A DNA stretch of 64,000 bases, taken from NCBI GenBank assembly GCA_965153455.1, contig OZ234493.1, positions 30,246,213 to 30,310,212 of the forward strand. The letters are read 5' to 3'. The notes below the pieces were generated by a model. That model had not been told where the DNA came from. It saw only the letters and a program-made list of their open reading frames with translations, and searched no databases. Both the position numbers and the translations under genes were made by a program. This stretch comes from Sphagnum compactum. Lineage: Eukaryota. How positions within the stretch are numbered: position 1 is the stretch's first letter; every line of letters begins with the position of its first letter. Shown here piece by piece: positions 1 through 14,600 of this stretch.

Positions 1-367
1 GTCATATAAATCGTAAGGCAGGCCTCAAGCCTCATAGTAGCCCTCCAGAGCATATGAGACTCATTTGGGGGCCTGAAACTCCCTATTTCCACCTTCAACT
101 AGGTCTGAGGACAAGCTTCCCTCCAGACTTGATTTCAAATTTAACTTCAATACAACTGTTGATGAACTAGGTGGTCATATTTCAGAATTTGAAAGCATGT
201 AAACAAGCCCTTTATGAATTCTTGTGTAGACAGTAACTTCAGAAGTCTCTATATGAGGATGACATGATTTGGATTGTTGTGTTTGCCAACAGCAACATAA
301 AAACCCTGACCTCACAGATGTGCACAATGACTGATTAATAAGAAAGAGGAAGCAGGTGTGGCATTAC

Positions 368-3300
368 TTTGACATACTCCACAAATGGGAGGGAGAGGTG
401 ACGCCCAAATTGCATAAGCACAACAAACCGCAGAAGCTGAAAGCGGCCAACATCACGGACCAACAAAAGATGCACATTGCCATCATCATGCTCTGCGCCT
501 GGGGCCAGCGCCTGTGACTCCAAGCATTGCACGGTCTTGCACTGGTGGTTGCACATTATGACCCCAAGAAACATTCCACCCCTGCTCTCCCACTTCTCCT
601 CCTCCGAATGGCCTCTTATCTTCCCCAGATCAATCTCCCCTCCTCCAAATGGTGCATCCAGTGGACCCTCTAATGACCCCCACCGTGAACCTAAGGACTC
701 ACCCAAGCAACTCCCAGCTGAGTCTTTTCGTGACAGAACACTTAACCCTGATGAAGATCTGCTTCGTGATTTTGAACGGGTGCGTGCCCGTGAAGACGCA
801 ACAGAGCTGATTGTCACTGCATCTTCCGAAGAAGGCACCATCCACCCTGATGGCACCCGTTTTGTTTTGCCATCCAGGCCACGTACATAGTCTGAAGGCT
901 CAAAGCTTGCATCCACAATGTCAGTCAAGTTGCCATTGCTGAGTCGTGGGGGCACAACTAGCACTGGGCAAGAATCATTTGAGAGAGAGGAATCCAATTC
1001 CATGCAAACAGAGTCAACGCCCTTTACTTCAATATTGTTAGCTGCAGACGGGTGCATGTCTGAGAGTGCTGGGAGGTATTGCACTTCACAGGCATAATGA
1101 GACAGACACAGCAGGCGCAGTGTGCCTGCCACAAAGTACCGTAAAGGGCCCCATCGCTGCTGATACTTAGCCGAGCATTCCAGCACTGCAGAATAAAACC
1201 CAAAGTTCAAAACTCATCACCATAATACTGCCACAAGATTTCTTCTTGGCCAGTCTGCAGCAGACAGACTGTATTGTTTCACATTTCCCCTAGCAATCTA
1301 CACCTTTCTCTTGTAACTTCTGTAAGGAGTTGAAGGTAGCAAGATAACAACCTTTCACTAGTTGTTTTGATCTCTGGCCAGGACAACAAAGGTGAAGAGT
1401 GGCAGTCACACCCTCTTACAATTTTTAGTGACACATCCCTTGATCAGCTACCAAAACCCAAGGAATGTGACAAATACTGTTATCTTGACAAAGTTTAAGC
1501 TATGTCAGATCACATTTGGAGGTCATCTAATCCAGTCAACAGTGGAACAAACCTGTCCTCAGCCTGCTGGGCACTCTACATTCAGCATGTTCAGCACCAG
1601 AATTTGCCATGGAACTCCCACGCCATTTTGGAGTTCCATTCCAGTTTTGCTTAGTGATGCCATGATCATGTCTCTAAGTGTAGTACAACTGACAAGAAAT
1701 GGTGATGAATTCAAGACAGTTAGATGCACAGAGAAGAGAAGTAATGTGTTCAGCTTGTGGAGGTCGTTTACTCACCATCACTCATGAACCCATAATAAGC
1801 AACAGTGAGGCCCATATGCATGGCACCAGTCTTGGTCCATTCCACACCAATAACATCTGATGCCACCAGTCCCCCCTGCAATTTCACGCATGTAGAATCT
1901 TGTCATGATTCGCAGTTGTGCTGACCCTTATCACTGAACCTCTGAAGCTGTCTAAGTACACCACACTATTTCAAATCACACATCCACTTCAGGTCTGCTC
2001 ACAATGAACTCAATACCTTCACTATTGCAATGGCAGCTGAAATTGGGTCACGAATTCCAAGCACGGTCCAAACAAGGGAGTTGTCAGAGCCTGCTGGAAT
2101 GATACCCAGTGGAATCCTGCGTGCTTCTTCTGCATCATCTCGACTTAAGAGCCCATTGAGTACCTGCAATCACCACTCCTCTTCAAAGATTCATGGGAGG
2201 CAAATGTTTGCAAAACCAACCCAAAGAGGCAACAGAACGAGAATGTATGACAACATACTCTGCCCCCTGAGACACTGAAGGCACAAACTAACCACTTCCC
2301 AACAATGAAGTAAAGGATTCTTGAACTGCACAACAGAAGCACAAGGGTCATGCTCAAGTACCTCATTGACAATGCCATCACCACCAACACAGATAATGCC
2401 TGCATAACCATGTCTACTCTTCAGCATTTCAGTGCTTACAACTGTACATTGGCCATATCACCTACCCTTTCCTGATATTGGCAATGTATGATTGAAGGTA
2501 GTTCACTGAATTGAATTCCAGAAGCAAGTAATCCTTTCAAGTGGTTATTAACTATGGGGTCTTCTGTGGTGATAAGAGTTGTTTCATATGGTTCCAAATG
2601 GCCAATGAAGAAACATGATAAAACAGATGCGACGTAAATCTGGCTATGATCCATAGCAAAGTTGGATACAACTTTGAAATTATCTCCACTGACCAGTACC
2701 TCACAGCAATATGCAAGAATAACTGTTCACAACCAGCTGCACTTTCACCATATCTTTTAATCATCAGAAGCATTAAAATTGGTTCAAAAGCACTCAAAGC
2801 GATACCATCAGGACATTTTGAAAGATCGATAGTGGATGCAAGATTTTGGGCATGCCGTGCATGTGTTGTCTCCACCACCATCAGCTTGAACCCTGCAAGC
2901 TGCATCCTTCCCCTCACAAAAATGTCAGGTCACCACTGTCGTCACAAAGACTTTGAAATTCACACCATTCAAAGAGAGAAGCCACTGGTGCTCCAACAAC
3001 TCGTGAACTGACTTTAAACATCATGAACACAGAAAATTCCACCTGTCTGGTGGCACACCTACACAGTGGCTGATTTAAGAAGCAGATACTAACCATGTAA
3101 GCTCTAAATGACAGCCACCTACATGGTGGTGAAAAGTGTGCGCAAGGGAAGACTGAACTTGCCTCAAGGATTGGCTGCACTTTGGTGCGGAAGACTTTCC
3201 GAGCACGGCCTCGACCAGAACGTGGATTAAGTACCACAAGCATCCTATGCTGATAGTACCGTTTCATTGGCACGTGAATTACCACTTGTTCTTTAACCGG

Positions 3301-4346
3301 GCTCCCTTTTGCCTGTTGCTGTGATAGCTTTTCAGGACATGGCAGCAGGTTGACATAGCAACCTTGCTCCCCAAATGCTGTGGCCCAGCGCACAGCTTCC
3401 TCTGAGCTTGATGCCTTAAAATGCATATCCATGCGGCGTCGGCGTGGTTTGCCAAAGGAACTTGGCACCCACCGTGTTTTCACCCGTGCAAAAGAATGAA
3501 CTGTGATCTGCTGACTTCCTTCATAGCTTGATATCTATAACACACCTCTTCGAATGCTGACATTAGATAGACTCAAGTGATCTTGTCACGACCATGAAGA
3601 TGTTCAATCTCAATCTCAAATAAGGGAAAGAAAAATATTACATCTACATCATTTCGGAATGAGAAAACTTTGGTTTCAGATTGAATGGTATTTCAAGGAC
3701 CCCTGAAAGATTCTACACAGGAGGAAGTTACAATCCTTGGAAATGGAGATCCTGAGAACAACCACCAATATTTTCCAAACAGAAGTCTGAATCCAACTGT
3801 GCAGATTGGATTGCAGATACAACAGTGAGAAACTTTGTTTGAAGCATACTATCAGCATACACATGAGATGATCTGTAAAGGACATACCGCAACAATGTCA
3901 TCAAGGTAAAGGCAATGCAAAGCCCACATGAAGGCCTTTGTAGTCAGCTTGGCAGAAACCTCAACAGGAGCCATAAGCTTTGAAGGCAAGCCTTTGCTAG
4001 GTGGAGTTAGATTGCCAGTCATCACAATCTCACCCAAGAGGTCAGAGCATTCATCCACACTGATGTCAATCCTTATATTGCCATCCTTGGTTGGAGCAGA
4101 ACCATTCAATTTGCCTTCTGATGCCAACCACTTCATGCTCCTTGATCCAGTTTGCCGAAAGCTCCACCGGGCTCTGATGGGTGCCGGTTCTACATGGGTT
4201 ACAGCACTTGCATTTTCCTCTCCATTTGTTACTGCCTCCTGAGTGTGGTGGTTTGCATGATTGTGGTTAGCAGCAGCAGCAGCAGCAGCTCCGAGTGGGT
4301 TGATCTTCTGTGACAAAGCCCCAAGCTTTCCCCATGGTGCCCGCAT
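368..4346 (-). CDS. LCBK1: Long-chain base (sphingosine) kinase, LCBK1-like; 3' part continues beyond the left edge
   Basis: Spliced exons about 4346-3888, 3534-3163, 2899-2806, 2399-2362, 2163-2017, 1875-1776 and 1185-368 join in frame. They give DAGK/sphingosine-kinase motifs LVVLNPRSGRGRA, GIICVGGDGIVNEVLNGLL, IPLGIIPAGSDNSLVW, YYGFMSD, GPLRYFVAG and APGAEHDDG. Confidence 0.9.
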
Positions 4347-7300
4347 CTTTGACACCCTTCTACTTTTGTGGAGTAAAATCTTACGTAGCAGCTAATCTGG
4401 CTCTAGTGAAATTCTGAAGGGATTCTCACTTGAGAGATGTAAACACGATGATCATGTGAGGCATGATGCAATAATTGGCTACCAGAGGCATTTACATGTG
4501 TCAAATGAAAAGTCAGTTCCAATGACTTATGTTGCATGTTCAGAGGAAAAAAGTTCATAGTGAAGAGAGTGGAGACCAGGTTTATATCTTCAAGGAATGG
4601 ACATCTACAGTAACAGTTTGAACATCACTCTATATGGATCCTCCAAGCTTGAACAGCTATAGCTTGGAGGAGAGTAATGCAACATGGTGCAGCCCATAGA
4701 ACTACCAAACAACATGTTGCATTAGAGCTCCCTGCTGCCTCTCTATGCCAGCTTACAAGAAGAATGAACCACCAGTGTCACATGTCATAAGTTTCCTGCT
4801 TGTTTTGTTCCTTCACAATTTACAACTCCTTTACACTCCTGAGTTGTTTGCAGAACTGCACAGCATGGAGACAGTGCTCCCTCCCATTCAACACCTTTCT
4901 TTTCATTCATAAACAACACAAAAAAAGGTGCATAGTAGTAGACCTCACATTTGACCCACCCCCAACAGAAAAAAAATCAATTGTATAATAGTTACACAAA
5001 TCACTCTCCATCTCTCTCTCTTTCAGAAGCTCACATCAAGCACACAGGAAGACAAGAGGGAAAGATTGTGAAATAATTGAAGAGCAAACAACACCAGGAA
5101 GGCAGAAAGAAAAGAAACGCCTTGAGAGAAATGATGATGAGGGGTTTCTTGTCGTTCTTGCATCTGAAAGTTGTGTGCATTTTAGGGTAAAGAAGAAAGA
5201 TACCCTAATAATTTTGCCTCTGAAATGCACTTATGCATGTTACTATGAAGGAATCACTGACCGTGAGGGATCAAGAAGAGCGGTTGAATACCCATCACAA
5301 TAAAAAAACATCTGATGTAGTAGTACTGCAGCCTCTAATGATGATGCTCATCAAATTCTTTCCTTCCGTCAATTTGATTTGATTTGGGAGAGAGACACCA
5401 GCATCCCACAGATGTATGAATGTATGTATGTATATACTCCTCACCTGTGAAGACAAAAGCTGAGATTAGCGTTGAGTGTTATATAGAGAGCATGGAATGC
5501 TTGACAGAAACAAAGAATGCGCAAGAAACCTCAATCCCGATCAATTTCCTCCCTCCCGACTTCTTCTTTCCGCCGAGAGAGAAATCTGTACGCAACGACG
5601 ACCGATGGCCTCACCGGCCGGACTATACCGACTGACTACTACTCCTTCTTTTGCTCCGATCTCATTCCACTTTCAAATTACCAAAAAAGAAACAGAAAAC
5701 AAGAGGAAAAAAAAACAGTCTCCGCAACTGAGCCCGTGGTCGGATCGCCCTTTCTTTCCTTCCTTCAAACCCCAGTGCGTCTGTCCCCGCCTATTATTAC
5801 CTACTACAAAGCTAATGAAAACACAAAACACAAAAAAGAAAAAGGCTCATATCAATACAATAATATTTCCTTTCCTTCTTCCTTTTATGTTTCTTTTCTT
5901 TTCTTGGCTTCACTAAACATTTCACAAAAAGCGAAGGAAAGAAGAGAACGAAACACATACATACCGGGGCTTGCTTTTGCAATTCCAACAAAGACTCATT
6001 CTCGTCACAACAACAACAGAAAACAAAACAGAAACAAAAAGCAGAAAAAAGATTTGACCGCCGCAGAAGAAACCAAACCAAAAAAAACTAAAGAATATAC
6101 AACATACCTTAAAGCTATTACCACGGCGGCGGCGGCTTCATTGTGAAGAGACCTTGCTTGGTATGTGTTCTGTTGCCGCAGCGACCCAGCGACCCAGCGA
6201 CCGAGCGCGGCAGCAATTGCGGGAAGGGAAAGGGAAGTAGTGGGGATGGTGGCTATGGCGATGACGTTTGTTACGGGCAGGAAGGAATACGGGCAGAATT
6301 ACGGGCAGGTAAAACCAATCACGGGTGACATATCACGGGCAGGGCCACACACCTAATCACAGACAGGGTTTAAAATTAAAAAAGTGCTAACAACATCAAG
6401 TGCTTTTTGAGATTTTCAATAGCCAAAATTAAACCAAATTTTAAGAAAGATTGCCATAAAATGTTTTTCTACATATGGTTCAAGTATGTAGCCAAAAATA
6501 TAGCAGGATTTTTTTAAAACATTTTATTTTCATATTTAGCTTCTAGCTTTTAACCAAATTTGACTAAATCTTCTTGTGAATAATTGCCACTTTGGCTACA
6601 TCAGAAAATTGACTCAAAAATAAAACATTATAACTCGGAGTTTTTTTTTTTTTTTTTTTTAAAGGATTTTTGTGATGTAGCCAAGCAGTGACCACTCCAA
6701 AAAATTTAATTTGGCTACATACTATACATGAAATTTGGGTCTATATTTTCCAGGTTGAAATTTGGCGAAAGAAAAGCGCCAATTAAAAAAAAAAAGAAAT
6801 AGTGTAACTTAGGACTTTTTTATTGGTGAAACATTTGCCAAAAATTTGTAATTTAAAATTCAGAAATTAAGTGATTTTGGAGGTTTTCAATAGGTAGACA
6901 TGAGAGAAAATAGGAATAAAAATTGCCAGATTTATATACTTGGTTTTCAGCATGTAACCAAAACATACAAGGATGATTAAAGATTTGTATTTCATAGATT
7001 TGGCTAAATCTTCCCCGGGATGATTGCCACTTTTTTTACATCTTCCTATGGATGAAAGCCACTTTGGTTGCCAAAAAAAATTTAATTAACTAAAATAAAT
7101 AAACAATTTAAAAATATTTCTAATTTTTAAAATAATCTCCTCAAAAAAACATCACTGTTTAAACTTGCATATAATTCAGACACCATATGAGCATATCATT
7201 TCAGGCTTGCAAAATAATAATAATAATAATCCTAAGCATTTCTAATTTTACTACCCATTTCCAAACCCCAAAAAATAAGGGGGTGAAAAATAAAATAAAA

Positions 7301-7352
7301 TAAAATAAAAATCTAAAGTATGTAGCAAACTCTAGCAAAATTTTATTCAATC

Positions 7353-7592
7353 AACGGGCAGAAAAAAAAGCGGCCACGAATGTGGGCAGGAATTACGGGC
7401 AAGAACAGGGCAGGAAAACGGGTAGGAGCAAAGGCCAGTAATTCGGGCAGGAAAAGGAACGGGCAGGAATTCAGGTAAGAACGTGGGCAGGCATTCGGGC
7501 AGGACTTTTGGCAGGAGCAAAAGGGCAGGAATTCGGGAATGAACAAAGGCAATAATTCGGGCAGGGACGTGGGGCAGGATTACGGGCAGGAT
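7353..7592 (+). repeat. Degenerate array of CGGGCAG(GA) motifs
   Basis: About a dozen (c/t)gggcag-type motifs at 10-30 bp spacing. The same motif is clustered at 6272-6342. Confidence 0.75.
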
Positions 7593-7725
7593 ATCTAAAA
7601 TAGGTTCCAGCAAGTATCCCAACTATTAAAAGGATGCTTTTAAAAAAAATTCAATTTTCATACCTAATTTTTGCCCCAAAAAATTTCTAAATTCCCCATA
7701 GTAAGGAACAAATGTCTTTCATAGG

Positions 7726-8113
7726 TTCATCCCTCAATTGAAGGACCCCTTCAAAAATTTCATCCTTCCATTGAAAGACCCATTCCAAAAATTCATCCCT
7801 CAATTGAAGGACCCCTTCAAAAAATTCATCCTTCCATTGAAAGACCCATTCCAAAATTCATCCCTCAATTGAAGGACCCCTTCAAAAAATTCATCCTTCA
7901 ATTGAAAGACCCATTCCAAAAATTCATTCCTCAATTGAAGGACCCCTTCCAAAAATTCATCCTTCCCTTGAAAGACCCATTCCAAAAATTCATCCTTCAA
8001 TTGAAGGACCCCTTCCAAATATTCATCCTTCAATTCAAAGACCCATTCCAAAAATTCATCCTTCAATTGAAGGACCCCTTCCAAAAATTCATCCTTCAAT
8101 TGAAGGACCCCTT
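7726..8113 (+). repeat. 33-bp minisatellite (~12 copies, two alternating variants)
   Basis: Unit aaaaattcatccttcaattgaaggaccccttcc, alternating with an ...aaagacccatt variant. It reads as an 11-aa periodic ORF (LKDPFQKFILQ). Confidence 0.95.
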
Positions 8114-9865
8114 TGGTAATCACATGGAGACTTTTAACCATTTGAAATAGAAAATCGTTCACACTTTGCCTTGAGGCTTGCTCTCTTATGGGGCCTTCCC
8201 CTAATTTTCAGGCCTACTACACCCCTCAGGCTACCACCGTCAAATTAGGCCCAAGGTCCTCCGGAACAAGCTAGAGCAAGCCTACTCCTACACCTATCAA
8301 CCCTAGTGACAAGTATTTCAAATCCTGGAAAGGGTCTTAAACATAGGCCCTTGTCCTATACAAAGTTGAAAGTTAGAGGAGGAGTTTCAATTGTTTCCAC
8401 CCAAGTTCACTTCGTGGACCTAACTTGTGTTAAGGTCCATTGCGTTAGGGTCTTCACAAGACATTCCGTTCTTATGTAATTTTTTGGGGTTTTTAATCAT
8501 TAAATTCCCAAAAAAAATCCACAAACAATTGTTATATTAATCGATATTGCAACATTAAATTCTAAGTAGGTAGTGATTGATATCGAAGGAATTTTTATCT
8601 TTTTTTCCTTTCATATTATTTTTTTAATGATTAAAATGTGGTTTAAGTCTTCTTATGGATCATCACCACTTTGGTTAAATAACAAAAATTCAAAGTGAAA
8701 TGCAATCTTTTAGTCAAAATGGTCAATGGTCTCTAGTCAAATGAAACATTTAGTCAAAAATGGTCAATGTTTTTTAATAAATAATGATGAAAATCAAATA
8801 TTTGAAGTCCAATTTCGTGTTCTACTAAATTGATGTCTAATATTATTGAAACTAACTAAAATCACACACAATAAAAACATGCATGTCAATCGAGAAACGT
8901 GAAGACATGAAGACACCAACCACAAGGTTGGAATAGCTCCAAGCTTTTTCCATGGAAGCCAAACATCATAACTCTCAAGTTAAGTGAAAGAGAAGACATC
9001 AACCACAAAAGTTGGAGTTATTTTGAAGTTTTTCGCATGGGCGTCAAAAATGTTAAGTTGGGTCATCCAAAATTCATGGAATCATTTATTTTTGCTTGAT
9101 TTGGGAGAGCATTGTTGTACGTATCAAAAAGAATAATACCATGCATTTAGAATACCATGCACTTATTAAAACCATGTAATTTTTTTAAAAAATAAACATT
9201 TTACAAGTTGTAATGTTTCAAAATGTCCTTATGGTTTTCCTAAGATATCGAAAGAGAAACACAAATCTCTTTATTTTTTTCAATGTCTTTTGAAATCTTT
9301 GTGTCCTTTCAATTTATTTTTTGAATCATTGTGTCTTTCCAACACATATTTACATGTAATTTCATACAAATGTAAATATGTGTTATTTCATTTAAATATG
9401 TTGAAATTATTTCAAGAGATTAACAAAATTATTTTTTTTGAGATTAAACTCGTTTCTAATAAAAACTTCTGACTTAAATTAAATTATTTAATCCCCAGTT
9501 GTTTAGTTGATTTAATGTTTTTCCATTATAATTGCTTCCTAAATTTCAATGAATTAAAAACGAAGGTGACTCATTAAATCTCCCCTTGGCTAATAATTGG
9601 GTGATATTTTGTACAATTTGGATCCTATATATATATCTGAAAATAGCAAAGTTTTTAAATGTAAAAACCTTTATTTCTTTTTTGTCATTTCATTGTCACT
9701 CGTAGTGTGTAACAACATCCAACCCAAGTTGTAAATGTAAGAAAATTATTATTCTTAAAAGTATTGAAATCATATTTTGTAATAAAATAAAACAAATTCT
9801 ATCATAACAATGTGGTAGAAAAAATTCCACGCTAGTAGCTATATTTATAGGACATGTAATACCTA

Positions 9866-10698
9866 CTAGTTTGAACCCCGTGCCTAATGCACAGGTGTGT
9901 GTGTATTTGACGGTACATATTACAAAAATTACAACTACAAACTACATTTCCAAAACCTCTCTATATACCACATTGCTAGGTTCTTTTTGGGGGAATTTAT
10001 TTTTTCATTGTTTCAACCTGAAATTTCATTTTTTCTACACATTCTAACATTTTTTTGTGAAAAGGAATGTCCCTAATCGCCAAATTTAGAAAAAATAATT
10101 TGAATTCGCCATATACATATAAAGCATAAATATTCTTAAGTGTTTTATTCACTGTCATTTATATGGTGTATAGCCTAATTTGGCTAAATCCTTTTTGTGG
10201 GATAACTAATCACAAAAATTGAAAGAAAGCAAACCCTGTATAATAGGGTTTTTTTTTTCCAAATTCCTTAGGTAGGTGCAATGGCCAGGATCCCCAGCTT
10301 TAATTTACATTAAATGGCGACTGTCCTAGGCGACGGGCAGTAGAGTTTTTTCTGCAATCCTGCCTAAATCTAGGCAAGCTACACGGACTCACTGTCTAAA
10401 TCTGGCGAATGAATTTTTCCTTTTATTTTTTTTCTAAGAAATATGGCGAATGTTCTGGAAGTTCTTTTTTTTTAAATTCCTTCCTAGAGGTCGCACTGGG
10501 TTTTTTTTTTATTGCCAGTTGGCGAAATTTCGCCCAAAAAAAAAAAAAAACGCTGCTGTATAATGTGACTGTTTCTACGCTTACAGCAAAATCTTAACCA
10601 CATGGGCTGCAATGATGCCATCCATGGATGGATGACGAGATGGATGGATGGATGGATGGAAAAAGCTTCACGACCACGACGTCCTTTACTATATAGAA
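9866..10698 (-). mobile_element. Non-autonomous Helitron
   Basis: The minus strand starts (t)tctatatagtaaaggacg and ends cctgtgc-attag-gcacggg-gttcaaa-CTAG|T, i.e. a subterminal hairpin plus CTAG. Confidence 0.7.
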
Positions 10699-11366
10699 TA
10701 ATGTAGTCTTTATAAGCTTTTTGTAATTTTTTATGCCTAATTTATGGTTTGGTTCCATTAGAAAGCTTGTGAATTAATCATTGGATTTCTCGTGTTTTTT
10801 TTTTTTTTCCAGGTAGAAAATTGTTGCAAGGTGCAATACTAGGAAGGTTGGACATTATTGCCATCAACTAGGCCAAATCATCAAACAGACCAATAATAAT
10901 AATACCATACAATGTTGAGCTTTTTATTTTTGTTTGAAAACCAATTTAAAGCTTCTTCTGACTATTTTTTTAATTTTTTTTCATGCATGAATTTCAAAAG
11001 GAAAAGTTAAGGAAAATAATCATTAATATATGGTATCATTTTCTATTGGCAATTATTACCATATGCAACTTTGCAATGTCCAATCAAAAGATCAATTTTT
11101 CAATAGATAACGAGTGTGGCCTGTGCCAATTGGCCCCAAGCAAGTGTTAGGGTTTTTTTTAACTATTTTTTTTTCCTTTAAAAAAAACCTGGTTTTTTGG
11201 AATTTATTTGGATTTTCAGGGGGCAGAAAGCAGTTTTAAAATTTAATATCTGCCACTTTCTGAATCCAAATATTTACCAAATAAAATTCCATTAAATCCT
11301 GTTCATCAAGATCTTTCCAAGAACCAAAGAAAGGCACATTCCAATTCCTCCGAATTTTTCAGCTAC

Positions 11367-11672
11367 AATTTAATTTAATTTAATTTAATTTTCAGTGAAG
11401 AAATCATTCAATATTCAAGAACTTTTGCACCACAAGTCCAAAAAATTTAATTTAATTTAATTTAATTTTCAGTGAAGAAATCATTCGATATTCAAGAACT
11501 TTTGCACCACAAGTCCAAAAAAATTAATTTAATTTAATTTAATTTTCAGTGAAGAAATCATTCGATATTCAAGAACTTTTGCACCACAAGTCCAAAATTA
11601 ATTTAATTTAATTTAATTTTCAGTGAAGAAATCATTCGATATTCAAGAACTTTTGCACCACAAGTCCAAAAA
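11367..11672 (+). repeat. ~77-bp tandem repeat x4 inside a dispersed repeat
   Basis: (aattt)n-ttcagtgaagaaatcattcgatattcaagaacttttgcaccacaagtccaaaa occurs four times. Related diverged sequence appears near 14340-14680 and, inverted, near 55560-56060. Confidence 0.9.
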
Positions 11673-14600
11673 TGCACGCGATGGAACCAAGTAAGTCCAT
11701 TGCACCCATCCTTGTTGAGAGCTTTCCAAAGACACCAAGAAACAACGATCTGAAAGCATCTCATGTAGTTCGGTGGACCTCATAACTACAAAACAAAACA
11801 AACTACCTTCCTTCATAAATAGACGAGATTTTACACCAATAAAAGGATAAGTCTTCACTTTGTATCATTATTGCCTTTATTTCCATAAGTCTTGATCAAT
11901 GCAATGCATTCACATTTTGGATTATTTTATTCTTGACAATCATGATCGAATGAGTACATATATATATATATATATATATATTTGTCCCAAATAATGTCTT
12001 ACATCTCACATATCAACAACATGTGGATGAGAGTTTGAATCACATCATGACATGGAAATCAACTAGATGTGAATTTTTTATATGCCTATATATCTATCTA
12101 TTTATGAAAATTACATAGAGACAATCAAATAACTTTTTTCACCTTAGGATTACCAATTTATTTTATGTGCAATTTAGTCATAATTATTATGGCCAACAAA
12201 GTTAAACCAACCTTCCCCAAAGATGTAAAATCCCTTCAACTTGCACTCTTTGTATGACTAGTGTGCATATGATCAAACCCACATTCTAATTAAGTTAGAT
12301 ATTGTGGACATTGCACAATCTAACAATAACTTGGGAACACAACCATTTAAAAAAAAGTGGCCAAAAGACTAATTTATAAATGGTATTATACATTGTATGG
12401 GTTTTTGCATTTTGGGGGTAATAAAGTGATTTATAAAAGTGGCTTTTAAATTATTCATGTTGAGGCCATAAATGGTAACTAAAAATCAAGTATTATGTGG
12501 GGCTCAATTTTTAATTTTTAATTTTGGATAAATTATATTATTGGAATTAAATAATTGAATAGCACCACAATGCCATGGTCCATGGTGTGAGAACATCAAT
12601 CAAAGGTCCATATTCAAACTATTTGGTTGAAATTAACCAGATGTTAACCAATGTGCCTAAAAATTTAATTGTTGATGTTCAATATGTCATAATTGATGTT
12701 CATAAAGTTCTTGCATCATGTTGACCTTTATATTTTTCCATGATTTCTACCACCTATAATTGTTCAAAATTTTCCTAAAAGGTTGATTTTTTCATCAATT
12801 TTTTTAAAAATCCCCAATATATTCAAAATATAAACATTAAACTCCATCATTTTTTCATTGTTTTAGATTGGAAATAAATTGAATGTTGATGGGTTGGTGA
12901 GGATTGAACATTGAAAGTTAAACATGTTTAATTTGATAATTAAAGAAACAAAAATTCAAGGCAATTCCCAAGCATGTAAGCCAATATAAAATGTATATGC
13001 ATATAAAATGACAACCACTAACAATATTAAACACATATTAAGGGTAACTTGTAGATGTACCAATAAGTTCATAAATTTAAATTAGTTTCACACAATGAAT
13101 GAAGCCATATTCGGTACATTCAAATTATAAAACAATACAAAAAATATAACCAATAGTTTATTTTATATGATTTTTAATAGTATTTTAAGTTAATGTTGAA
13201 GATGTGTGATGTATTACCAAAATTGAAACCACGAGAAAACACCTTCGAACACAGACAATTTTTAGGAAGAAAAAAAAATAATTCTGGAAAAGTTGATAAT
13301 AATCTGAAATTTATAGTTAAATATTTATTATAATTACTTACTAAAATCAGTTTATTTGATTTTTATAAAACACGTGATCTTTTTCAAATCCAAGGAATAC
13401 ATTCCTTGTTAATTTTAAATACAATGTGGTGGGAAAGGAATTTTTTGAAAGGAATTGCATTAAAGATTTATTTATTTTAAATATTTCTAAAAAATGTATA
13501 TTAAAATTTAGGATACCATACAACTAATTGCAACTTTTAATTAGCTAAAGTGATTTCTAGACCCTCAGTTTACTTTAGACTATTGATTTGGGTTAAATTT
13601 TGGGAAAAAACGTGATTATGTAATTAGGGTAAAACTAGATTCATTCAAAAACTAAAAAACTCATAGATATCGTGATTAACCATGGTTGATCTTGGCATTT
13701 GATTCTCTAAATGGTTATTAAGTCTAATAATGTTTAAACCAACTATTGGTCACCCTTCATTATTTTTCATTTTAAACTTTTGAAAGTTTGATCATAAAAT
13801 TATTTGAGCCTAACATCACAAACTTTTTAGACCACAATTTGGCAATAATAATTGCATTGAATTTTATTTTTCATAAGTTTACATTAAATTTAGACATTGA
13901 TAGTGTGTGGTTAAAAAACTTATGAAACTTGTATCAGTAGATTGAAAGATTTTCATTTATGGTAAAATCTTGCATTACATTTATATGTGTTTCATATATG
14001 TTTTAAATACACAATAATTGTGTTTAAACTGAATGAACTTATGAAAAAATAAACCTAGGAAGTTTATGATGAAACTTTCATAGAACCTTAATTTGAAACA
14101 ATGCATCAAACTTGGCTTATGTTATTTTACTTTTAACAACAAATTAATATTTTTTAAAAAAAAAACCTAGCTATAATGTCAAAATAAGAACAACAATCAT
14201 AAGGTTATCCAATCATTATGATTGCTGAATTTTTCTAATAAATTTCATAAGTTATTAACATGACAAATGCCATTAACCCAAGTGTGAACACGACTTGAAG
14301 AACAAAGTTAAATTGTGAATTTAAAATTTTACATAAATTCCCAATGACACAATTTATTCAAAATTCAATATCTCCCTCACTTAGGTCTAAAAACAACTTT
14401 CAAGAAATCCACTCATGAAAGATTTTCCAACAATACTAAGACCTTGACCCAATTTCACTTTTTTTTTAAAAAGGTTTTAATTTTTGAAATTTTAAAATCA
14501 AATTATTCAATATTCAATAACTCTTGAACCATCAATCTAAAAATTACAAGACCACCTTAATGCACTTGATTACTCGTTCAAGGCTTTCCAATAGTATCAA

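Noticed and set aside
4639-4757. H/ACA snoRNA interpretation (AGAGTA hinge, downstream ACA)
   Set aside because: The stems are short, lack pseudouridylation pockets and overlap the putative H box, and the RNA would be antisense to the host gene.
5476-6146. Lys-rich ORFs of 146-209 aa
   Set aside because: Antisense to the T-rich probable 5' leader/introns of the LCBK gene; low complexity and no motifs.
7800-8162. Periodic ORFs (LKDEFLEGVLQ / LKDPFQKFILQ)
   Set aside because: By-product of a 33-bp minisatellite that is open on both strands; no splice or domain support.
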